This document shows, in pieces, positions 26,640 to 39,720 of a DNA stretch of 64,000 nt; position 1 is the stretch's first letter; each line of letters starts with the position of its first letter. This stretch comes from Octopus sinensis (lineage: Eukaryota), in assembly GCF_006345805.1 (NCBI RefSeq), contig NC_042998.1:56916001-56980000 (forward strand), read 5' to 3'. The notes under the pieces are model-generated. The model ran no database searches, had not been told where the DNA came from, and saw nothing but the letters and a program-made list of their open reading frames with translations. Both the position numbers and the translations under genes were made by a program.

Positions 26640-27335
26640 CCCTAGGTAATTTGCAAAAGCCTGGACTTGCCCCATAATCATTGGGTAATTTGCAAAAGCC
26701 TGAACTTGCCCCATGATAAAAACTGGTGGGAACACAAACCACCTCCAGTGCTTGAAAATGATCACATCTCTCTCCTCTGGGATTTCACCATTCAAACTGA
26801 CAGAAAGATAGATGCGAATAGGCCAGACATCATATTGAAAGACTTCAGACAAAAATCACGCCTCCTCATTGATATGACTGTCCCAATCGATATAAACGTA
26901 TCTGTCAAGACCTACCTAAAACTGAGCATGTATAAAGATCTTGAAATAGAAATTAGCAAAATGTGGAACCTGAAAACTAAAACAATGCCTGTTGTCATAA
27001 GTGCCCTGGGAATGATAACAAAAAAGGCTGATTGCTACCTAGCTCAGATATCAGGAAACCCCAAAATGGCAGATATTCAAAAGATAGTGCTCATGGGAAC
27101 TTCTCATATCCTACGCAAAATACTTTCTATATAATCTCAAGTTTTAAAACAAGCATAATTTTCTTATGGTTTCTTAAACATTCTTTAGAACAACATTATG
27201 TACAAAACCAAATATATGGCACCCTAGGCATAACGCTAACATGAACTTCCAACTTGTCTCTTGAGGTCTCTGGGTGAGACTTGGAGCCAACTTGTACAAA
27301 TGTAAAGCAAATGTCAAACATTAAAAAAAAATAAT
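26640..27335 (+). mobile_element. 5'-truncated R4/Dong-clade non-LTR retrotransposon (restriction-like endonuclease domain plus 3' UTR)
   Basis: HW.ICKSLNLPH..WWEHKP..LLWDFTIQTDRKIDANRPDIILKD..LIDMTVP..KYxDLE-like..PVVISALG..QKIVLMGTSHILRK. Abuts an (AAT)/(GAT)n tract and ends in an A/AAT tail. Confidence 0.9.
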
Positions 27336-27374
27336 AATGGTATCGAATTTTGTCTCAAGGGCAGACATTTTGTG

Positions 27375-27770
27375 GGAAGGGACGTGTCAATTACATCAAC
27401 CCCAGTGTTCAACTGGTACTTAATTTATCGACCCCGAAAAGATGAAGGGCAAAGTTGACCTCAGCGGAATTTGAACTTAGAACGTAAAGACGGACGAAAT
27501 ATCGCTAAGCATTTCGCCCGGCATGCTGACGAGTCTACCAACTCGCCGCCTTAATAATGATGACAATCCTTTAAAAAAAGCCTGGATTTTTGTGGGGAGG
27601 GGAACAATTGATCGCATCGATCCCAGTGTTTCACTGGTACTTAATTTATCGACTCCGAAAGAATAAAAGCAAAGTCGACCTCGGTAGAATTTGAACTCAG
27701 AACGCAAAGACGGACGAAATACTACTAAGCATTTTGCCCGGCGTACTAATGATTCTGCCTGCTCGCTGCC

Positions 27771-27772
<2 letters not shown>
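27375..27772 (-). mobile_element. Two SINE family B-related monomers
   Basis: CCCAGTGTTCAACTGGTACTTAATTTATCGAC..GAATTTGAACT(T/C)AGAACG..CTCGCCGCC present twice. Confidence 0.75.
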
Positions 27773-27816
<44 letters not shown>

Positions 27817-27818
<2 letters not shown>

Positions 27819-28393
27819 GCCCTGATGCAGAAAGATGCCCTGATGCAGTACCAGGCAGTGGTTCTCATGGCTTCTGATCTTAACTGATTGGAAGTGTTAT
27901 CATGTACATTGTTTTGTCTTGGTATAAAAGATGGGCTACAGCAAATATTCTGCTCAATACCACAGATTTGCTTGTCAGTTGTTTGACCTTAACCAGTTGA
28001 GCATGTCCCTTAGTGGCTGATGATATGTGCATCTCTGATCACGAGCAGAAGTAGTGGGGGAGTATCATAGTCATGTGTTGAGAGGGATTGTTTGGGGTTT
28101 GAATAATTCACCTCTGGAAACATGGGTGTTTCGTTCAACATCCGTAAACAACCCTTAGTCAGGGACCTTTTGAGCAGAATGGGCTACTCGACCAGAAGAA
28201 AATTCTAACTGGGCCCCACCTACAAGGTCATGCGCTGTTTATCTTGATATGAGATCATCATGTCGCGCACATATGGTTGTGATGCATGTGCCTAGTGTAC
28301 CCTTATCAGACGGGTAGTCATGATGGGTATACTGGGCTTCGTATATTTTACCCCAGTGTCACTTTGATGGCATGCACTGATCCCTCATACAAT
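27817..28393 (+). mobile_element. ~570-bp (AAT)n-flanked interspersed element, copy 1
   Basis: GCAGTACCAGGCAGTGG..CCCCAGTGTCACTTTGATGG; repeated at 28440 and inverted at 33250; bounded by (AAT)n. Confidence 0.8.
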
Positions 28394-28394
28394 G

Positions 28395-28439
<45 letters not shown>

Positions 28440-28985
28440 GCAGTACCAGGCAGTGGCTCTCATGGCTTCTGATCTTAACTGATTGGAAGTGTTATCAAGT
28501 ACATTGTTTTGTCTTGTTATAAAAGATGGGCTACAGCAAATATTCTGCTCAATACCACAGATTTGCTTGTCAGTTGTTTGACCTTAACCAGTTGAGCATG
28601 TCCCTTAGTGGCTGACGATATGTGCATCTCTGATCACGAGCAGAAGTAGTGGGGGAGCATCATAGCCATGTGTTGAGAAGGATTGTTTGGGGTTTGAATA
28701 ATTCACCTCTGGAAACATGGGTGTTTTGTTCAACGTCCTTAAACAACCCTTATTCAGGGACCTTTTGAGCGGGATGGGTTACTCGATCTGAAGAAAATTC
28801 TAACTGGGCTCCACCTGCAAGGTCATGTGCTGTTTATGTTGATATGAGATCACCATGTCGCGCACATATGGTTGTGATGCATGTGCCTGGTGTACCCTTA
28901 TCAGACGGGTAGTCATGATGGGTATACTGGGCTTTGTATATTTTACCCCAGTGTCACTTTGATGGCATGCTCTGCTCGCTCACTC
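28440..28985 (+). mobile_element. ~570-bp (AAT)n-flanked element, copy 2
   Basis: Tandem with copy 1, with visible substitutions; followed by long (AAT)n. Confidence 0.8.
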
Positions 28986-29056
<71 letters not shown>

Positions 29057-29384
29057 TAATAATAATAATAATAATGATGATGATAATAATAATAACAACA
29101 ACCAGGCTTACCATCCCTACAGGAAGTGCAAAAAATCGTGTTAACTGGAACGACTCATGTACTGAGAAGAACATTATCGCTGTGAAAACAACATCCATTC
29201 ATGAATTTATTTATTTATTAATTTTTTTTAAATACACATTTTACCTGTAAATTTGCGTGCGTAGTCTGGGAATGCATACAATGAGCTTCTTTGCTCTAGG
29301 TGTACAGAAAACACCCGGCGAGAAATGGAAAAAAATTTGAAGAAAGAAGGAAAAAGAATAATGATGGTGATAATTTCTACTATA

Positions 29385-29575
29385 AACACAAGGCTTGAAA
29401 TTCTTGTGGGGGAGGGGCGGATAGTCGATCACATCGACGCCAGTACTCAACTGGTACTTATTTTGTCAATCCCGAAAGGATGTATAAGACAAAGTTGACT
29501 TCGGAAGAATTTGAACTGAGAACGTAAAGAGTGACAGAGCACATTTTGTCTAGTGCGCTAACGTTTTTGCCACCT
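29385..29575 (-). mobile_element. Degenerate SINE family B-related copy
   Basis: CCAGTACTCAACTGGTACTTATTTT..CCCGAAAGGATG..GAATTTGAACTGAGAACG. Confidence 0.6.
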
Positions 29576-30564
29576 TACTAACTATTATGCAAGTGAAGAC
29601 ATTTCTCGGCCTTCCCACTCTTGCAAAACATTTCAACATACAGTATGCGACAATCGGAGGAGGAAGATGGCTACATAAGCATTAGGTTGAACAGATTGAA
29701 ATAATGCGAAATGAAGAGCCTTGCTCAAGGACACAACTCATCACCTTATCCAGGAATCGAATCAAAGATCTCACAATCATAGCCCAAGACCTTAACTACT
29801 AAGCCACACATTTTTGGCTATATTTACACGAGGAGAACAGTAAAATTTACGATACGGGAATTATTTGCTTGCTACAAAATGTTTATACTAATCAGTAATA
29901 AGCGATTTCAATTCAAGATACGAAAATTTTAGTAACGTAGTTTCAGGTGGTGGCCATTTATGGTAGAATCCCCAAAAGACTATTGCTTTAATCAAGACAG
30001 AATTGGAAATCTGTCAACTGGATACTCGTACCTTAATAATGTATATGCTGCAAAGTATTTCAGTCTTTTGGAACTTTTTCAAAAGAGGTCTCCTGATTTG
30101 CAAATTTGCAAAACCATAAATTGACAACTACGAATATGCGAAACATCTTTTGATGTGATGCCAGATGAAGCTCTTGATTTCTTGTAAGTTGAGTTAATTT
30201 ACGATTGCATAATACTTTGATTTTCAAATTTAATACATAACTATTTTGCAGTTTTACATATCCTATGTAGATATTGACAGATATATACGGTTTCAAAATG
30301 ACGTAATGGGGATTACATCACAGTTTTCTGACCCCTTTTGATGTGGATTATGTTTTCCGCAATATTAGATTTTACAAAGAACCACTTGCATGCTAGACTT
30401 ACGAAATGGTGTGAGATAGAATGCGCACACATGGCTCTAAGGTTGAGAAGCTCACTTTACAACCAGGTGGTTTCAGATTCAGGCCCAGTGTGCGCCACTT
30501 TGGGTTGAATAATGCTTTGTGAATGTATTTGGTAGACTGAAACTGCGAGGAAGATCGCCGTATA

Positions 30565-31794
30565 CATAGGGTACGTAAGATATTTGAGGACAGATTTATG
30601 TTTATAAAAACAGATATATAACAGATAATAATTTTATTTATTAAAAAATGGTATAAGGATAGAATTAAACTTTTTCTATAATGTTAGTCAATAAAACCAC
30701 CTTCAGCTTCAATAATTGCTTCTATATGAGAACTAAATCATCTACATGCTCAAATCAAGTGGTCCTGGTTCATTTTAGACATTACTCTGACTATGCCAGC
30801 TTTTAAAGAATCTTTGGTGTTATGGGCGAGTTCATTGACCTCTTTCTCAACAACGCTCCACATGTAATAGTCCAATGGATCGAGATCTGAGGAATTTGTA
30901 GGCCAAATGTTAGGGGCTATGTGATCATGAAAATTTTCAGCCATCCATTCCTGTGTTACTAGAGCAATGTGTGATAGTGCAGTGTCTTACTGAAACACAT
31001 ATGGCCTTCCATTGCGTACATTGTCTATCCAGAGCTTAATTGTTTCCAGGACCTCAGCGTAGACGGAAGAGTTAACTCTAATGCCTTGCGGAAAGAAGTA
31101 AGGAGACATTACATATCCTTCATTGATGACAACCACCTAAAACCATGACAGTTGCAGGAAATTTTGTATGAATAATTCTTGGAACTTCGGAAATGTCTGC
31201 ACATAACCATCTGTCTTCAGTAAATTTGTTGATCTTGGTCGAAGTTTTTCTCGTTTGAGAAAAGCCAAATCAAATCTTCTGCTGGATTTTTCAGTTTGTT
31301 TAAAAGCCTTTTAGATCTGATGTAGTGATTTTCTTTTGCTTTTTCTAACATGAATTGACCTTTCCTCATCATATACGACTTATATCTGATGTCTTCGTGG
31401 ACAATATTTCCGACTGTTCCTTCTGAAACATGGAGCTCTTTTGTAATTGGACTCATGGACTTTCTGGGTTTGTAATCAATGGTCTGTTCTGATGTTCTGA
31501 GGATTTCTGAGCATTTAGAATGCTTTTTATGCTTTCATAATGGTGATTTGTTTCCATATTCAGTCTCTAGCTCCTTACAAACTTTGTAGACGAAAGATCT
31601 GGCAACTTTTAAAAATCGAGATATATCTAAATTGCTATGCTCAGCTTTTATAACCGCAATAACAGCATGCCTCTTCATTTCTTGAGTAAGCTGAGGGTCT
31701 GCCATTATTATTTCCTGAGACAAAGATTATACAGTTAGCAAAAAATGCAGTAATGACTCCAAAAAGGTATTCCTCAAATACCTTACGCACCCTG
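30565..31794 (-). mobile_element. Near full-length degenerate maT-like (Tc1/mariner superfamily) transposon
   Basis: TIRs AGGGTACGTAAGATATTTGAGG / CCTCAAATACCTTACGCACCCTG-TA. Fragments MKRHAVIAVIKAEHSNLDISRFLKV, LFSNEKNFDQDQ, WPTNSSDLDPLDYYMWSVVE. Confidence 0.85.
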
Positions 31795-32760
31795 TATATG
31801 TGTGTGTGTGTATGTGTCTGTGTGTGTGTTTGTGTGCGTGCGTGTGCGTGTGTATATGTGTCTGGGTTTCCCACCCACTCTGCTTGAAAACTGGCACTAG
31901 TTTGTTTTCGGCCCCGTACATAGCGGTTCGGCAAAAGAAACCGATAGAAAAAAGTATAAGACTATCTCATTCAATAAGTGTGTAGATAAGTGTGTTCTAT
32001 CGGGATTGGACAACAAAAACATAAACACCACCGCCACCACCACCACCACCACCACCACCACCACCACCACCACCACCACCACTAACAACAACAATAGCAA
32101 CAGCACTTTCTACTACCAAAATTAGAACAGCAATAACACGATCAGTATAAACAACAGAACCCTAACATCGTTACCAGAACTACCACTACCGTTACGACCA
32201 CCACTACCACAATCACTATCACGACAATTACCACAAAAACCACCATAACTACTACAAATACTAACGTTACATGCGCCATTACCACCTCGATCGTAGCCAC
32301 CGCCACCGCTAACAACGACATCACTAAAACCAACTTTACCGCTATCTCAACCACCCTACCACAAAACCAAGAATAAGAGAGCCAATATGTGGTGGTACAG
32401 CCAGGCTGGAATAGCAGCCAGTTCTCAAATCACATATCCTACTGTATCTAATAAGGAAGGACACATTGAGTATTGTTGACTCAGATACCACTAAAAAAGG
32501 CGGAATGGTCACGGCTGGAACTAAATATTAGTAACTATAATATCAACAGCAGCAATAATTACATGAGCAACAAGAAAACAGTAAAGTACTTCATCTAAGT
32601 AAATACTGGAAATCTAAATATTTATTCATCACACGCACTAGATCGATAGGGTCAGCTGCGCTGACATTTCGTGACTGGAGACGTTTTTAATATCAACAAA
32701 TTATCAAACGGTCTATTAACTCACTTCACTTCTGGGTTGGTAAAATATCGCGGCAACATC

Positions 32761-32851
<91 letters not shown>

Positions 32852-33249
32852 AGTCTGTCTGTCTGTCAGTCTGCCTAGCTAGCTACATACATACATAGCT
32901 ACGTATGTATATATGTATATATGTATGTATGTTTGTAGGTAAGGTTTCATTAAAATTTCCTAAATACTTTTCTTTCAAATAACAACAGATACTCCGGTAT
33001 CAATTGATTTCACTTTTTTGTATGAAAATACTTGATTCTCATCAGCCGGACTTACTGCAAATCATCTACTTTTGAAAATATTCTTCATATTTCATCTTGT
33101 GAATTATTTCATATGAATGCCCCCGTGACATTAATAAACAAACATAAAGTGAGCCATTATTATTATTATTATTATTATTATTGTTGTTGTTGTTGTTGTT
33201 GTTGTTTTGTGTTGTTGTTGTTGTTGTTTTGTTATTATTAATATTATTA

Positions 33250-33745
33250 TTGAGTGAGAGAGTAGTGTATGTCATTAAAGTGACACTGGGGTAAAATATA
33301 CGAAACCCAGTATACCCATCATGACTACCCGTCTGATAAGGGTACACCAGGCATATGCATCAAAGCCATATGTGCGCGACATGGTGATCACATATAAAGA
33401 TAAACAGCGCATGACCTTGCAGGTGGGGCCCAGTTAGAATTTTCTTCAGGTCGAGTAGCCCATCCCACTTAAAAGGTCCCTGACTAAGGGTTGTTTAAGG
33501 ACGTTGAACAAAACACCCATGTTTCCAAATGTGAATTATCCAAACCCCAAAGAATCCCTCTCAACACATGGCTATGATACTCCCCCACAACTTCTGCTCA
33601 TGATCAGAGGTGCACATATCGTCAGCCTCTAAGGGGCATGCTCAACTGGTTAAGGTCAAACAACTGACAAGGAAATCTGTGGTATTGAGCAGAATATTTG
33701 CTGTAGCCCATCTTTTATAACAAGACAAAACAATGTACATGATGA
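33250..33745 (-). mobile_element. ~570-bp (AAT)n-flanked element, copy 3
   Basis: Reverse complement of 28440-28985; ATT tracts on both sides. Confidence 0.8.
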
Positions 33746-33773
33746 CACTTTTTTATGAGTTAAGATAAGAAGC

Positions 33774-33835
<62 letters not shown>

Positions 33836-33852
33836 ATGGTAATAATACCATA

Positions 33853-33922
<70 letters not shown>

Positions 33923-34759
33923 CATGTATGTATGTGTTTATATACCTATGCATAGAGACGTATTTACGCTTCTTTTGCTTGTGCCTACTTTTACCCAAAT
34001 GCTACAAAACAGCTACAAAATCATATCAATAATATTATTCTCTTAGAATCTACGTACGATTCATAACTATAGAATGAAGCTGAAGACAACCTGTCAGTTC
34101 GTAGACTGTTGTTTGGGAATAAATATCTAAAATTAAAACCGAAGGACCAGTCCCACTGCCTGGAACCTTTAGCAAATGTCTTATATTGGATTGTCGGATA
34201 AATATGTTCATTTATTTCCAACGTTATTCAAATTAGCGCGAGAAATATTTTTATCCTTGTTTTATGTGTTTTTGTAGCTCGGTTCTTCATCTACAACTTT
34301 TGTTTATCGTTATTGAAATTTGAATATTCTTATATTTAGGAATGGTCATATTTTTGCCAATGAACCACACTATATATTTGGTCTTCAGCTTTATCATTAT
34401 TCTTATTTTAGTGTTCTTTAAAATCTCTCGTCACACATCCTTTGATCTCTTCAGCGACTTTCTTCCTGTTCTGAACAGGAGGGGGACACGTGGGATGGAG
34501 AATCGTTGAAGAGGTCACGAGATGTGTGACGAAAAATTTCAGGCAAAGGACACAAAAGTAAGAATAATAATAAAGCTGAAGTGGTTAATTGACAAAAAAT
34601 ATGATCATCAACAAATATAACAATATTTGTTTCAACACGCGGTTTTGCATCAGGAATCTTGCTCAACAAATTCATAAACGTAAAAAATTGAAATAAATTT
34701 TACTTGTTTTCAGACATATGTTGGAGTGCCAGGTAGAAAAAAAAAAAAAAAAAAAAAGG

Positions 34760-35490
34760 AAAATGTATGCATTTTTGACATCTGCTTGCCTTCCCTTTCA
34801 GTCAAGTTTCCAAAGCTGCTTAGCCGCTCATGACATTTGTGCTGTGTACGGAAAACGCCATTAGTGCAAGAACTGTGCAGAAATGGCTTTCATGATTCAA
34901 GATGGAGAAATTCGACCGTACAGACTCTCTGCGTTTAGATCGATCATTTTAGTTCTATGAAGATAGAACAAGCTCATCCACGAGGATCCATGCTAATTCA
35001 CTAGGAAAATGGCCCAGCAGATGGGATGCACGCTTGACATGTCATCCATCACCCTCATTTTATGGGTATGATTCAAAAACTCGGTGCATGGGTGTCATAC
35101 GCTCTGAACGAAAGAGACAAACTCCAGCGCTTCTCTAACACTTCGCTAACCTGACCGAAACGGCTATTCAAGAGTTCGGTTGGACATTCTGCACTCGATG
35201 TATTTTCCGGATATAACGCCTTCAGTTTACCACCTTTTTCAGTTTCTCTCCACAGGTGTACGAAATATTTCTTTCAACAACCACGTGAAGCTGAAAATGT
35301 GACTCAATGAATTCTTTGAGTCAAGAGGCTATACGGTAATTTTTACCGCCAAGGCGTAGACAAACAGTTAGAACGATGCAGGAAGTCCTGAACAATGAAG
35401 AGCAATATACTACGCGCTGGTCTATTAAAACTGTTGATGAAAAATAAAAATTAAAATAATGGAAAACATGCTATAAACCTGCGCCGACTA
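34760..35490 (+). mobile_element. Degenerate mariner transposase remnant
   Basis: DICAVYG..ISARTVQKW N-terminal HTH motif; C-terminal NEFFES-like stretch. Confidence 0.55.
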
Positions 35491-35614
35491 TTGCCTTGTG
35501 AATATATATATATATATCTATATATATATATATCTATATATATATATATATATTATATATTAAGTATAGGAAAGAATGGAGCTGAACGAAGATTTAACAA
35601 AATTCTTTTATTTT

Positions 35615-35699
35615 ATTTTCGACATATGTTTCGAAGTCTGCAAAGTCCCTAATTCCGAATGAATAAGGAGTCCATTATGCAGCTTCTCTTCAGGAAAAT
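35615..35699 (-). ncRNA. Type I hammerhead ribozyme, Penelope-type minimal helix III
   Basis: AUUUUC-CUGAAGA-GAAGCUGCA..UGCAG(A)CUUC-GAAAC-AUAU-GUC^GAAAAU. Confidence 0.8.
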
Positions 35700-35799
35700 C
35701 CAGGAACTTAATTCTCCAAAAAATGCCACAACAAGTTTTTCGACGACTGCTGTCGTCGAAAAACTTGTTGTGCATTTTGTTGGAGAATTAAGTTCCTGG

Positions 35800-35885
35800 A
35801 TTTTCCTGAAGAGAAAGCTGCATAATGGACTCCTTATTCATTCGGAATTAGGGACTTTGCAGACTTCGAAACATATGTCGAAAAT
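35800..35885 (+). ncRNA. Type I hammerhead ribozyme (mirror copy)
   Basis: ATTTTC CTGAAGA GAAAGCTGCA..TGCAGACTTC GAAAC ATAT GTC GAAAAT; one extra A in helix II. Confidence 0.75.
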
Positions 35886-36094
35886 AAAATAAAAGAATTT
35901 TGTTAAATCTTCGTTCAGCTCCATCTTTCCTATACTTATATATTAACTTCAAATTTCCGCACTAAGGCACGGATTTTTCTGCCTATGGTCGTAACTCCAA
36001 CCGTGCTTTTTATGTTGTGAGTTTGCTACCCAGGTATCGGTTATCTTTCGAATTATCCGTAATAAGAATTCTTGTCTACTTAAATAAATATATA

Positions 36095-36312
36095 TTTATA
36101 TACGGAGAATTCACGAATAAAAAACAAAAGACGAAGACCAGGTGGTGTAGAAAAACAAACAGATGTATTAGTATGACGATAGAGGAGAGTGAAAAGTCTT
36201 TAACGTTTCGAGCCTACGCTCTACCACAGAAAGGAACACAAGAAAATAAACAGAGAGAAAATAAAAAAAGCTTTAGTGGCTACCGGTCGATCATGGCGAT
36301 GGCTGGACAGAT
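36095..36312 (-). mobile_element. Penelope-type terminal-repeat fragment with decayed hammerhead
   Basis: Related to 7110-7170 and 37350-37430. Minus strand reads CTTT-CTGTGGTA-GAGC GTAG GCTC-GAAAC GTT-AAAG. Confidence 0.5.
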
Positions 36313-36318
36313 ATGATA

Positions 36319-37204
36319 CAGGGTACAACGGGTAAATTGTCGCCATTTTATATTTGTAATTTCGCGCATGCGCTTGTTTGTTTTTGATTTTGTTGACTAC
36401 ACAGTATAGTAGGGTCAACAGGGCACCGTATGTGAGAAAAATAGCCCTATGACGCAATTCACTCTGCCAGAAATTTGGAAACAACATGCTGTACTGCTTG
36501 GCATTCACGCCGGAAGATCCAATACGAAGAGATAGTGAGAACACAGAAGAACCATTAGCTTACCGTGTCCCCAAAACATGTATCGAGAGTAATAAAGATC
36601 AAACATTCAGTCAATATCATGGTGTTTGGAGTGATTACTAGTGATGGCAACATTATGCCTCCATTCATCTTCCCACACGGTCTCAAACTCAGCACGGTGG
36701 ACTACATCAAGTACCCGGAGAATGTAGTGCTGCTCTAGGTCAAGAGGGTGGCTGCTGGAACATCCTATGTCTTGCAACAAGACCCTGAACCATGTCACAC
36801 GAGCAGGAGAACCTAGTCATGGCTGTCAGACAATTTCTGTGACCACATCACCCCAAACATCTTGTTACATAACTCCCCAGACCGAAGCCTCCTTGATTAT
36901 TATGTGTAGGGCGCAGTTGAGCGAGAGACCAACAACACTCTTTGTAACACTAAAGATGAACTGAAAGGCAAGGATTATGGTAGCATTCCCCAACTGAAAC
37001 TAGGAGAGTGTCCAGAGGAGTTGCAGGAGATTCTGGAGTCGTTTGGATGCCGTCGTTGACGCCAATGGCGATTTTATTCACTAAATTTACTCTTTAGTAT
37101 TTCAAGATATTTTTATGTAATTATGGCAAACATATCTGTTAAAATGAGAATTCAGTGTTATTTTCCTTTTTGCATAATTTAGACGACAATTGATTCACCG
37201 CACC
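36319..37204 (+). mobile_element. Degenerate maT-like transposon
   Basis: TA-CAGGGT terminus; IMVFGVITSDGNIMPPFIFPHGL, LQQD..CHTSR, DYYV..VERETN motifs with stops. Confidence 0.75.
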
Positions 37205-37263
37205 ATTAATCTATCTATCTATCTATCTATCTATCTATATCTATCTATCTATCTATCTATTAC

Positions 37264-37302
<39 letters not shown>

Positions 37303-37449
37303 CTAGATATCTATCTATCTATCTATCTATTATCTATCTAGCTATAGTTGAAATTTGTAGAAAAACAGAAGATGAAGACAGGTGTATGAATAAGCAAGTG
37401 TATTAGTTTGACGCTCGGGAAAATGAAATTATATATATATAGAAATATT

Positions 37450-37487
<38 letters not shown>

Positions 37488-37663
37488 CTATATATATAAT
37501 GTCAAGATTAATCAGCCGAAATTACTACGTGATCCGGTTCTTGACTGAAGACTGAGGGGTTCGAATGTCCTGTCCATGTTTATTGTATAGTCTTCTAAGA
37601 GTTATACGTTCTTGTCCATGTTGTATTTTTCTACATACCTTAATAATATATATATATATGTAA

Positions 37664-37701
<38 letters not shown>

Positions 37702-37858
37702 TATAGTGGATTAAATGTTGAAGTGGACGGAGTCTATTTGTTTCTCCCAAGTTAGTAGCAAGCCACACAGCTTCAAAAACTAACTGACCTTAAAATATAT
37801 ATATTGTAACACGTGTTTGCCTACAAACCCGTAAGTACGTTTTCATTTAACTACAAAT

Positions 37859-37958
37859 NNNNNNNNNNNNNNNNNNNNNNNNNNNNNNNNNNNNNNNNNN
37901 NNNNNNNNNNNNNNNNNNNNNNNNNNNNNNNNNNNNNNNNNNNNNNNNNNNNNNNNNN
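37859..37958. other. Assembly gap (100 N)
   Basis: Run of N. Confidence 1.
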
Positions 37959-38129
37959 TTTATAGGAGAAAAGATTCCTATTGAAGAAAGAATGGGAGAA
38001 AGACTCCTAGAGAAGAAGGAGGAAATCTCTTGCAAATTTTGTAAATCTCTTGCGTGACCGGCGGGATAGACTTCCTTCATGGTCTCCTTGCAAAAAAAAA
38101 AAAAAAAAAAAAGGTTCAGGAGAAATACA

Positions 38130-38530
38130 AATAGGTTTTACTTTGGGACTGACGTAATGAGGAAGAAAGAGCTGTCAAATGGTCAGTGGAGTGTAAAAAA
38201 AATGGAATATGAGTGACGAGTGTAATAGAGAGTGAGGTGAAGAGGCGTGGGTAACGATCGCACAAGACTAGCTGCTCGGAGGAATAGTGATTACCCCTGA
38301 AGTAGAAAAGTCAGAGTTTGGAGCATGATAAAATCAAGAATATCCGATTTCCTGAATACCAGTAAATTCATAGATTCCAGTTACATTCTTCTGGCGGATG
38401 TTTCTGAGGTCTCTGATCATGAAGGATATGCACCGTTTGGTGTGTACCAGTTGGATTACATATCAATGAGTATGTGTGTTGAAGATTTAAATGGAATGAC
38501 GAATGCTATTATCATTAGCAATTAAATATC
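38130..38530 (-). mobile_element. Possible decayed CR1/Jockey-type LINE 3' coding end
   Basis: Minus strand reads FYFRGNHYSSEQLVL, resembling the FYRYxxGxCSSEL motif of these RT C-termini; low similarity. Confidence 0.3.
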
Positions 38531-38989
38531 AAAACAAAATTTCAACACTTAATTTGCCATAACTAAGACGTTAAAAAAGCTATTAACGTATAAATGGATT
38601 TACAATATTCCAACTGTTTAGAAAGACATAGAAGATATTAAACAGAAACAACACTGCTTTGTCTTTAATAATTCCAGTGAAGATAATATAGACATCATTG
38701 CTATAGATAGTAAAGCAAAAGTTTTCTAACAATTTTTATGTGTGGATAAACTGTAAATTATGGAAGTGTCAGGAATACTGAATAACACGAAAAAATACTG
38801 TGTAGTAGGTTGCTATGAAAATCTTTTGAATGTTTCTCAAATAATTCCAGTAGCTTCAGGTATCTCAAATAATTCATCTCTGAGTAAAAATCTGTAGATA
38901 GAGTTAACATAACTGAAAGCAAAGCAGGAGGAAGTATTGTTTGTTGTGAGAGTTTATAGGAGAAAGACTGGTGAATTTTGTGACTAACT

Positions 38990-39286
38990 AGTTGGGATGT
39001 GTAAGTTGGGGAGAGAGATAGAGAGAGAGAGGAAGAAAGAGATAGAAAGAGAGAGAGAGAAAGAGGGAGAGAGCGAGGGGTGAGAGAGACAAAGTGAGAG
39101 AGAGAGGGTGGGAGACAAAGTGGGAGAAAGAAAGAGAGAGAAAGTGAGAAATGCAGAGAGAGAGAATGAGAAAGTGAGAAATGCACTGAAAGAGAGAGGG
39201 AGAGAGGAAGAGAGAGAAAAAGAGAGAGAAGGTGATAGGGAGAGAAAGACAGAGAGAAAGCGAGAGAAAAAGCAAATAAGTATTAC

Positions 39287-39322
<36 letters not shown>

Positions 39323-39558
39323 GAAGAAAGAGATAAAGAGAGAGAGAGAAAGAGGGAGAGAGAGACAAAGTGAGAGGGGGTGGGAGACAAAGTGGGAGGA
39401 AGAAGGAGAGAGAAAGTGAGAAATGCAGAGAGAAAGAATGAGAAAGTGAGAAATGCACTGAAAGAGAGAGGGAGAGAGGAAGAGAGAGAAAAAGAGAGAG
39501 AAGGTGATAGGGAGAGAAAGACAGAGAGAAAGCGAGAGAAAAAGCAAATAAGTATTAC

Positions 39559-39620
<62 letters not shown>

Positions 39621-39665
39621 ATGGGAAAGTGAGAAATACATTGAAAGAGTGAGACAGGAAAAAAG

Positions 39666-39720
<55 letters not shown>

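Larger units (their letters stand above)
35561..35939. repeat. Near-perfect ~380-bp palindrome (fold-back) between (TA)n tracts
   Basis: Centre CGACGAC-TGCT-GTCGTCG at 35741-35758; ~185-bp arms differ by only a few small indels or substitutions. Confidence 0.9.

Noticed and set aside
37840-38080. ORF spanning X residues
   Set aside because: It crosses the 100-N assembly gap; adjacency of the two sides is unproven
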